From an uncultured bacterium (GTDB lineage: Bacteria; UBP4; UBA4092), in the NCBI GenBank assembly GCA_964644695.1, contig CAZXWN010000003.1:124001-188000 (forward strand): 64,000 nucleotides of DNA, given 5' to 3'. Numbering within the stretch: position 1 is the stretch's first letter; every line of letters begins with the position of its first letter. The position numbers were made by a program, and so were the translations under genes. This document shows, piece by piece, positions 20,131-27,602 of the stretch. The notes under the pieces are model-generated. The model saw only the letters and a list, made by a program, of their open reading frames with translations, did no database searches and had not been told where the DNA came from.

Positions 20131-20865
20131 TCACTGTTTAGGTTTTTTCGTCTTATCAGTTTGTTTCAGTTCTGCCGGCGGATTATCCAGAAACTCCGTG
20201 ATCGCATTTTTGAGTCTTGTTTCTGCAAAATCTTTATTCGAATCATCGGTGGCATAAAAACAGACGAGATTCATGTTTTGGTCTCTGAGATTCTTCTTCT
20301 TTTCTCTTTTGGGGATGAACCTATAACGAAGAGGAGGATTATCAGTGTAGGACATAGGATTCACAGTGGGATCTAGCTTAAATAGCTTAAGCCAGCCTTC
20401 ACTGTGTTTCTCCTGTCCCGTGTATAAATAAACTCCCAGATTTAATTTCGGACAGTATCCACTTAAGGGCATGTAATCAGGGGAAAGTCCGGTAACATCC
20501 TTCATTTCCTTCTCGGTAAAGACTTCACCCGTCAGGGTATTATAATATTCCCGAGTTGGAATCAAGGTGTATCCCTTTTCCCCAAACACCGTACTTGCAA
20601 TAGACCATGCGGTGTTTTCAGACATATACTGTGCTGGAAGTACAGTGCCCCGAGTGTATTCTATCTTCCCGCCAAAATTAACTTCCGTTGCTGCTTTTAA
20701 TACACCGGGATTGATTGCCAGTGCCGCTGCCAGTATCCCGGGGATAATCAGGCTTTGTTTCCATCTTGTCGGCATCCACTGTTTCAATACCTCCGGTTTA
20801 CTCAATAGTTTTTCTTTGTTTGGATACTGTGGTTTTTGATACCCTGTAATAGCTTTGACCTGCAT
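20131..20865 (-). CDS. Radical SAM-associated exported protein, paralog C
   Basis: Leader MQVKAITGYQKPQYP...WMPTRWK, hydrophobic segment, YMSENTAW, GYCPKLNLGV, NLVCFY. Confidence 0.8.
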   Translation of the reverse strand: MQVKAITGYQKPQYPNKEKLLSKPEVLKQWMPTRWKQSLIIPGILAAALAINPGVLKAATEVNFGGKIEYTRGTVLPAQYMSENTAWSIASTVFGEKGYTLIPTREYYNTLTGEVFTEKEMKDVTGLSPDYMPLSGYCPKLNLGVYLYTGQEKHSEGWLKLFKLDPTVNPMSYTDNPPLRYRFIPKREKKKNLRDQNMNLVCFYATDDSNKDFAETRLKNAITEFLDNPPAELKQTDKTKKPKQ

Positions 20866-20868
20866 GGC

Positions 20869-21681
20869 TTACTTACTCCTAACCTGTCTTGATTTATTGC
20901 CTATAGTATATCCCTGATTTTGGAACCATTCCAGAAACGCATCCACCTGAGCTTCCAGGTTTACCTTGTTTTCATTCCTCTTGGCGGTATATTCCGAGGT
21001 GGTAGGCAGTAGGTGTTTGCGGGGATATTCCTGATAGAAAGTTGCAATGTTTACTGGAAGACTTTTGGATGATCCTTCCACATACCTTTTAATGTCATTG
21101 ATGGTACTGGAATACGAGAAGGAAAATGCTGTGGGCTTGGTATTGATTACCGAAGATAGATACTCATTTATTCCCACAGGTTGATAAATACCCATCAAAC
21201 TGACACCCAGATTCCATTCGGGACAATATCCTCTCAAAGATATCGATCTTCGATAATTAGCCTTATCTTCTGTAAATTCGAAATCAGCCAGATTCAAATA
21301 CTTCATTGTTTCATACGATACAACAGACAATCCTGCTTTATGGAATTTAGTGGTTATGATGTCCCAGGCTTCGTTTTCGGATAGATAGGCGGTTGGTATC
21401 GAAGGTGTTAGCCCAAAGATTCCGCTGCTGTCCCCATATGTGAATGCCGGAGCAAACACATTGTGAGACGGTACTGTTTTTTCTGAGGGTTTTGAGTGGC
21501 TGGGGTCTAAAGGGGCCGCCATGGGTCTGATCGTGAGAAATACCGCTAACAATCCAGATATCAGAGCATGCCGCTTCCATGCCTCAGGCATCCATTGTGT
21601 TAAATTGTTTTTCCCCTGAATGAAGATGTCTCGTTCCGGGTATTTAGGTTTTTGATAGTGATGGATAGGTTGTATCTTCAT
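20869..21681 (-). CDS. Radical SAM-associated exported protein, paralog B
   Basis: Leader MKIQPIHHYQKPKYP...WMPEAWK, hydrophobic segment, FAPAF, YLSENEAW, GYCPEWNLGV, LEAQVDAFLEWF..QGY. Confidence 0.8.
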   Translation of the reverse strand: MKIQPIHHYQKPKYPERDIFIQGKNNLTQWMPEAWKRHALISGLLAVFLTIRPMAAPLDPSHSKPSEKTVPSHNVFAPAFTYGDSSGIFGLTPSIPTAYLSENEAWDIITTKFHKAGLSVVSYETMKYLNLADFEFTEDKANYRRSISLRGYCPEWNLGVSLMGIYQPVGINEYLSSVINTKPTAFSFSYSSTINDIKRYVEGSSKSLPVNIATFYQEYPRKHLLPTTSEYTAKRNENKVNLEAQVDAFLEWFQNQGYTIGNKSRQVRSK

Positions 21682-21705
21682 GTTCTCTCTCCCCAGGAAG
21701 ACGGA

Positions 21706-22590
21706 TTAACCTTTTCTTTTAACGGGCTGTTTTAATTTTACGGGATACCCCTGTTTTACAAACCAGGCAATAAAATCATCCACTTGAGCTTCCAGCATCT
21801 TCTTTGAACCGTTCCTCAATTCTGCCAGTTCTTCAGGTTTACTCCAGACATGATAATCACTGGCGGTGGTTGATGGGTCATAGAAGGAAACTACATTGTA
21901 GGGAAGTTTATGGTTTTTGGTTTTCAGGTCTTTGTGGAGAGCCTCTATGGTTTTGGGATAATCAAAACTCCAGACACTGCTGATAAGTCCATCCTGATTA
22001 TTTACTGCTGACAGAAGGCTGGCAGCTTCCCACTCATCCATATATTGAACCCCTAAATTGAGTTCTTTAATGAATCCATCTACTGTGAATTTTGCCGGTC
22101 TTGATACTAATGGTTTGGTCGTAGATTGTCCCATCGGCCATTCCAAAGAGTCCCTTTTTCGTTCCAGCGTCAATCCATAATTGGAAAATCGCGTTGAGAT
22201 TACATCCCAGGCATCGTTTTCGGGTAAAAAGACCGCAGGACTCATGACCACACATCCCATCGCGCCCTTTCCTTCACCATGAAGGAATGCAGGGGCAAAG
22301 GAAGTCTCTGTGAAAGGCTTTGGGGATGGGGTTGTTTTACTGGTTTTATTAGATTTACCTGATGTGATTCCCTTAACGGGACTTGTCTTTTGGGGAATGG
22401 TCTTGGCTGTGGCGCGAGATGAACCTGTGGTTGACCCAAAAGTGAGGTAAGCTGTTAATAGAAAAGGTATTACGGAATGATATTTCCATGTTTCTGGTAA
22501 GTATTTTCCCAGTGAGTTCCCATATCGAACCATCTGGATTCGGTCGGGATACCCGGGTGAACGGTACCCCTTTATTGAACGCACTTGCAT
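21706..22590 (-). CDS. Radical SAM-associated exported protein, paralog A
   Basis: GGAGGT ribosome site; leader MQVRSIKGYRSPGYP...YLPETWK, hydrophobic segment, S/T/K/P linker, FAPAFLHGEGKGAMGC, FLPENDAW, LEAQVDDFIAWF..QGY. Confidence 0.8.
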   Translation of the reverse strand: MQVRSIKGYRSPGYPDRIQMVRYGNSLGKYLPETWKYHSVIPFLLTAYLTFGSTTGSSRATAKTIPQKTSPVKGITSGKSNKTSKTTPSPKPFTETSFAPAFLHGEGKGAMGCVVMSPAVFLPENDAWDVISTRFSNYGLTLERKRDSLEWPMGQSTTKPLVSRPAKFTVDGFIKELNLGVQYMDEWEAASLLSAVNNQDGLISSVWSFDYPKTIEALHKDLKTKNHKLPYNVVSFYDPSTTASDYHVWSKPEELAELRNGSKKMLEAQVDDFIAWFVKQGYPVKLKQPVKRKG

Positions 22591-22704
22591 TATTTACCTC
22601 CCAATAGGTGTCTTGTCAAATAACACAGGAATAGTTGAGTATACCGGGAGGACGGATACTTGGTTGACAGATTTTATCTAACAGGGAGAAGAAAACTATC
22701 GTTT

Positions 22705-23619
22705 CTATCCAATATGGTACTGATTTCGACCGTTTTCCTTGCTTTGCCTCAATAATTTATCGACTCGGTCCAGAAGTGTTTCGGCGGTATCATTTTTTTT
22801 GGCCAGCGTTGCGCCGCAAGAGGTACTTAAGGGTTGTTCAATATCCCCAGTTGAGATATGGGTTGTTTTCACCATATTAAAAAATCGTTCTACGATGATT
22901 TTCAGCCCTGCCTCAGTATCTACGGCCAGTATCCCCATAAACTCATCGCCACCCCATCGGCACATGATATCTGCACTTCGGGAACATGATAAGAGTGTCT
23001 TTGCAATCGTTTTTAAGGCCTGGTCTCCGACACTGTGACCCCATTGATCATTTATTTCCTTGAAGTGATCTAAATCAATCAATATAACGCCAAAGTGCCA
23101 GTCATGTTTGTTTAAGTCTTGAATTCGGCGCTCTAACTGAATATCTAGAAAGCGGCGATTGGCCAATCCCGTCAATGCATCTATAAATGCGAGTTTTTTC
23201 AGTTCAGTGATATCTGTCATTCGGTGGGTAAATACTGGATTTTCGGTGAATATTTCAATTCCCCCGACAGTCTCTCCCTTTTCATTAGTAAGGGGAGTTG
23301 TTCGAACCACTACGGGGACCCGATGTCCATCTTTATGATGGAGATAGACAGAATTATTTCGTAATTTCCCATCCTGAATAGTTTTGTGGAGTGGACAGCC
23401 AAAAGTACACAGCTTGGTTCCATAATCATCTACATGCTGCAAAATATTCTCAAAACAATAGTGATTTATGACCTCTTCGGCACTGAATCCAGAGATTCTT
23501 TCGGCACCCTTATTCCAATATACAATTTTTCTATCTTTATCAACCAAATACACCCCGTCGTAAAGATTATCCAGGATTTCTCGGAAAGAAATATTGTTTA
23601 TATCAATGACAGTATCCAT
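22705..23619 (-). CDS. PAS-GGDEF diguanylate cyclase
   Basis: PAS (WNKGAERISGF), DALTGLANRR, DLDHFKEINDQWGH, RxxD I-site (RSAD) and GGDEF. Confidence 0.93.
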   Translation of the reverse strand: MDTVIDINNISFREILDNLYDGVYLVDKDRKIVYWNKGAERISGFSAEEVINHYCFENILQHVDDYGTKLCTFGCPLHKTIQDGKLRNNSVYLHHKDGHRVPVVVRTTPLTNEKGETVGGIEIFTENPVFTHRMTDITELKKLAFIDALTGLANRRFLDIQLERRIQDLNKHDWHFGVILIDLDHFKEINDQWGHSVGDQALKTIAKTLLSCSRSADIMCRWGGDEFMGILAVDTEAGLKIIVERFFNMVKTTHISTGDIEQPLSTSCGATLAKKNDTAETLLDRVDKLLRQSKENGRNQYHIG

Positions 23620-23700
23620 ATAGTATCCTGCAAAATAACTTCCTCTTATTTAGTTTATAGCATTAATTATTTTGTAGCAGGTATTCTTACAACATAAAAC

Positions 23701-23732
23701 AAAAAGGGGTTGCATTATCGCAACCCCTTTTT
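23701..23732. terminator. Intrinsic terminator downstream of the ferredoxin gene
   Basis: AAAAAGGGGTTGC-ATTATC-GCAACCCCTTTTT, perfect stem with A/T tails on both sides. Confidence 0.8.
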
Positions 23733-23770
23733 ATACTTTTCCAGTTGGTAAGTACATACAAATAATGCGA

Positions 23771-23944
23771 TTAGCTCAGGCTGATAGCACTGGTTGGGCA
23801 CTGATCAACACAGGCACCGCATTCCACGCATTCCTCTTCAGGAATGACTGCTTTGCCGTTTTCTAACTTGATCGCACCGGTCGGGCAGGCATCCACACAG
23901 GTACCACAACCGCTGCACTTTTCTAAATCTACAATAGCTGCCAA
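23771..23944 (-). CDS. 2[4Fe-4S] ferredoxin, 57 aa (absent from the ORF track)
   Basis: Translated by hand from TTG at 23944 after AAGGAGGT: MAAIVDLEKCSGCGTCVDACPTGAIKLENGKAVIPEEECVECGACVDQCPTSAISLS, two CxxCxxCxxxCP motifs. Confidence 0.95.
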   Translation of the reverse strand: MAAIVDLEKCSGCGTCVDACPTGAIKLENGKAVIPEEECVECGACVDQCPTSAISLS

Positions 23945-24406
23945 AGGAATTTACCTCCTTCCATGACGGTTCGGCCTTACATATATATAAAATATAGGTC
24001 ATTTGGGCCGTTTTACCACGGAGAGTTCTTTCTTAGTCTCTTGTTAATGAGAAATAAGGCCAGACTTCCCATGTTCCATAAAATTATACCAAAAACCGGA
24101 AGTTTCGCTATGAATCTTCACACAGGGAAACCTTCAGTGCCCCCCAATCATAGGTCTCTGGGTGTTTTTATCTAATGAGAATTGGGAGCGAACAATATGG
24201 ATCTTTTGCAATTACAGTTATTTGTTAGATTATTAATTGACTATCAACAGGGAGGTTGGTATATTCAAGATAGTATTAAGTATTATTGAGAATGGGAATG
24301 TATTAGATGTCAATACTGGAGAACGTATGCGTTAGGGAAGTACATCAAATGTAAGGTATGCATATTTGATTGCTTCTCTAAGAGTTATGGAGAGAGGTTT
24401 TGTATC

Positions 24407-26500
24407 ATGCTGACACTGATTATTTCGACATCTATTATTATTCAACTCCTTTCCGTATTGCTTATTGTTTATTTTATTTTGAAGTATAGAAAATATGTTT
24501 TCGAGTACCATATCTTCCTGGCTTTTATTGGAAGTGCCTTTACATTAATGACTTTGCGGAGAGTGCTGTCTCTCTATGCTTTAGTCTCTAAAACACAGAC
24601 TCCTACCCAGCATGATTATTTTTTTGAATTAGTTGGATTAGGCTTGTCAGTATTGCTTCTAGTGGGTGTTTATAAGATTGAGGCTGTTATTCGAATGCAA
24701 TTAAAATCAACCATGGAGTTGAGGCGGCACCGCAAGATTCTGTCTGGAGTGACACAGGTCACTCACTTGTTACTGGTAGAACCACAATGGGATACGGTCA
24801 TGACAAAAGCGCTTGCTGTTCTGGGGGAAAATGTTAATGTTGATCGGGCTTATATTTTTCAAAACCATTTAGACCCCAAAACGGGTGAGTTATGTATGAG
24901 CCAAAGATATGAATGGACTCGCAAGGGTATTAAACCACAAAGAGCAAATGCTGCTTTACAAAATGCTCCATATTCTCTATTAGACCCGGAGTTACTAGCA
25001 TCTCTTGGTGAAAAACGAGTCTATCAAATTTTTACCCGGCAAATGACTGGAAATGCCAGGCAACTTATTGAAGGACAGGATATTATTTCTCTTTTAGCGG
25101 TTCCAATCTTTGTGGGGGAGAAGTTCTGGGGATTTATTGGATTTGATGATTGTACTCAGGAAAGAGTCTGGAATGAGAGTGAAACCTCCAGTTTACTTCT
25201 TGTGGCTGATGCTTTGGGTGGTGGAATTCAAATGAAAGAGACTCTTCAATCGCTCAATGAGGATAAACGGTTTTTACATGAAGTTCAGCAAATTGGGCAA
25301 ATTGGTGGCTGGATTGCTAATCCCCGTACGGACTTTTTAAAGTGGTCCGAGGGTGTGTATTCCATCATGGAGGTTCCTTTAAATACCCCCTTGCGTTTTA
25401 CAGAATGTCTGAAATATTTTCCAGAGAGGTATCATTTATATATTACTGAGTCTGTCATGAATTGTCTGGATAATGGAACTCCTTTTAACTTTGATGTAGA
25501 AATAACCTGTGAGAATAAGAAAGCAAAATGGGCTGAGATCCGGGGTGTTTCTCCGGTCATAGAAGGGGAACGAAGTTATGTTCTGGGGACTTTGCAGGAT
25601 ATATCTGAAACAAAAAAACAGGTATTAGATCAATACCTTCAAGTGGAACGGGTGGAAGCTCTGTTGAGTCTGAACAAAATGATTCATTCCAGTTTGAAGG
25701 AAATCACTGACTATGTTCTTGAGGAAGGTATTCGTCTTACAAATAGTAAAATTGGATATCTTGCTTTTCTGAATGAGGATGAAACTGTTTTGACGATGCA
25801 TTCCTGGTCAAAAGAATCCATGTCAGAATGTATGATTTCTGACAAGCCGATTGAGTATAGGGTTGATAAAACGGGGTTATGGGGGGAAGCTGTTCGGCAA
25901 CGAAAACCCATTATCACCAATAATTATTCCGCACCCAGTCCTCATAAAAAAGGGTATCCAGAAGGACATGTCCATTTAACCCGGCACATGAATGTGCCTA
26001 TATTTGAAGATAACAAAATAGTGGCATTAATGGGTGTTGGAAATAAACCTGAAGACTATACTCAGGAGGATGTTTATCATGTTACTCTGTTGTTGGAGGC
26101 AATGTGGAGACTTCTGGAGAATAAGGAGATTCATACAAAGTATTTGGAATCCCAGAAGATGAGTCAGGATATATTTGAGAATAGCCGGGCCGCTAATTTG
26201 TTGATTGACCCTTATCAGGGGAAGATAGTTGAGGCCAACAAGTCAGCTTGTGAGTTTTATGGATATAGCCATGAAGAGATGACCGCTCTTTATGTTTGGG
26301 ATATTAATACTATTCCTAAATCAGAATTGCAGGAAATATTAAAAACTGAAGCAAAAAATAATAGTCCAACAAATTATCAGGTTGAACAACGGCTGGCTTC
26401 CGGTGAGATTCGAAAGGTCCTTATTTACAATGTACCTGTAAAACTTCACGATAAGATGTATATTCATGTAACTGTTATTGACGTGACTTATCTTAAGTGA
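24407..26500 (+). CDS. Membrane sensor protein, TM-GAF-PAS-GAF-PAS, no output domain
   Basis: About 3 N-terminal TMs; GAF (DRAYIF...SLLAVPI..WGFIGFDDC); PAS (QIGGW..WS...QDISE); GAF (GLWGEAVRQRKPII...GVGNK); PAS (ANKSACEFYGYS...IDVT) then stop. Confidence 0.8.
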   Translation: MLTLIISTSIIIQLLSVLLIVYFILKYRKYVFEYHIFLAFIGSAFTLMTLRRVLSLYALVSKTQTPTQHDYFFELVGLGLSVLLLVGVYKIEAVIRMQLKSTMELRRHRKILSGVTQVTHLLLVEPQWDTVMTKALAVLGENVNVDRAYIFQNHLDPKTGELCMSQRYEWTRKGIKPQRANAALQNAPYSLLDPELLASLGEKRVYQIFTRQMTGNARQLIEGQDIISLLAVPIFVGEKFWGFIGFDDCTQERVWNESETSSLLLVADALGGGIQMKETLQSLNEDKRFLHEVQQIGQIGGWIANPRTDFLKWSEGVYSIMEVPLNTPLRFTECLKYFPERYHLYITESVMNCLDNGTPFNFDVEITCENKKAKWAEIRGVSPVIEGERSYVLGTLQDISETKKQVLDQYLQVERVEALLSLNKMIHSSLKEITDYVLEEGIRLTNSKIGYLAFLNEDETVLTMHSWSKESMSECMISDKPIEYRVDKTGLWGEAVRQRKPIITNNYSAPSPHKKGYPEGHVHLTRHMNVPIFEDNKIVALMGVGNKPEDYTQEDVYHVTLLLEAMWRLLENKEIHTKYLESQKMSQDIFENSRAANLLIDPYQGKIVEANKSACEFYGYSHEEMTALYVWDINTIPKSELQEILKTEAKNNSPTNYQVEQRLASGEIRKVLIYNVPVKLHDKMYIHVTVIDVTYLK

Positions 26501-26517
26501 ATTAACAAGTAATAAAC

Positions 26518-26547
26518 AAAGACCGGGCTGGATATAGCCCGGTCTTT
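26518..26547. terminator. Probable bidirectional intrinsic terminator
   Basis: AAAGACCGGGCT-GGATAT-AGCCCGGTCTTT between convergent genes. Confidence 0.75.
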
Positions 26548-26567
26548 ATATTTTTATGTGTCTTGAA

Positions 26568-27488
26568 TTATTCAGCTGACATATACCAGAGTTCAACGGG
26601 AGATTGTGTCCCGCTCCATCCCGCCAGTCGCGCAAATAACCACCATGCGGCATATGCTTTCTGATTTGCATTTAGGGGCAGGCTATGTGCAGCGCCACAA
26701 TCATACCAATCCGTTCCCTGGGTGTGACTGTTTTGCCAATTTGTAGCCCAATTCCCCGAATAATGGTTATCCCAATCTGAATAATAATCACAACCATCTG
26801 TTGCATAGGGGTAATAGGTTCCATCTGGATCATAACTTTCGATGTCAGCAAAATCATACAAGGTCTTATTGTGCGCATTGCAGTAATCCCGAATAATTTG
26901 ATTATGGGCCATCACAGTAGTGTGGTTCCAATAGTCCAAGTGCTGTGTCATATAGACAAATTTCACATTCGGGAAGTCGGTTTCCAGTTGATTCATCTGA
27001 GTCAGGTAGGTGGTAACCTGTGTGGGTGTTGCCGATGCCAGCTCTCCACACCATGACCACATGACTACATTGATTGTTGAATTTGCCGAGTTATTCAAAT
27101 AATCCCGGGTGCAAGTGTACCAGAGGGTGAAGTTTGGATTACCTAAATCAGAGGCTCCCCCCGGCCAACTTCCATAATAATCTTTCAGATACAGCGCTCC
27201 ACCTGCTCCGGTTCCGTTCCATGCGTAAGTTGAGCCACCATAGGCCGCTCCAGAAAATGTAGTTAATCCGCTCATTCCATCTGTCAGCTGGCTTCCATGT
27301 GAAGTATGCCCATAAGCTATCCGAAGGTTAGATTTTGCCTGTTGGATAGCTGATAATGGGATTTGATTCAATTTTGTGCAGTTGTGGTTGATGATGATTT
27401 GTGAAGATGACAGGCTTCCCAACCCCAGAGTAATTGTGATGGATAACACGACATTCAAACACAGTGTCCGTAAATGGTAAGTTTTCAT
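26568..27488 (-). CDS. Secreted hypothetical protein, possible SGNH-like hydrolase fold
   Basis: Signal peptide; IAYGHTSHGSQL, VMWSWCG, FVYMT, LYDFADIES, CGAAHS; rich in W/Y/N/T. Confidence 0.6.
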   Translation of the reverse strand: MKTYHLRTLCLNVVLSITITLGLGSLSSSQIIINHNCTKLNQIPLSAIQQAKSNLRIAYGHTSHGSQLTDGMSGLTTFSGAAYGGSTYAWNGTGAGGALYLKDYYGSWPGGASDLGNPNFTLWYTCTRDYLNNSANSTINVVMWSWCGELASATPTQVTTYLTQMNQLETDFPNVKFVYMTQHLDYWNHTTVMAHNQIIRDYCNAHNKTLYDFADIESYDPDGTYYPYATDGCDYYSDWDNHYSGNWATNWQNSHTQGTDWYDCGAAHSLPLNANQKAYAAWWLFARLAGWSGTQSPVELWYMSAE

Positions 27489-27542
27489 TTTGTACCGCCC
27501 TCAAATAAAATAAGATAATATACAACGAACCTCGCAAAGCCT

Positions 27543-27571
27543 AATATATATCTGACAATATATTCTGTCAA
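27543..27571 (-). promoter_or_regulatory. Sigma70-type promoter overlapped by a TGACA-N8-TGTCA inverted repeat
   Basis: Minus strand TTGACA (27571-27566), 17 bp spacer, TATATT (27548-27543), upstream of the ATG at 27488. Confidence 0.55.
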
Positions 27572-27602
27572 CTTATGTTTACTGTTTTAAATGAGGTGGT
27601 AT

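Noticed and set aside
26498-26512. TGA readthrough extending the sensor protein
   Set aside because: An in-frame TAA follows within a few codons and then a terminator, so no output domain could be added.
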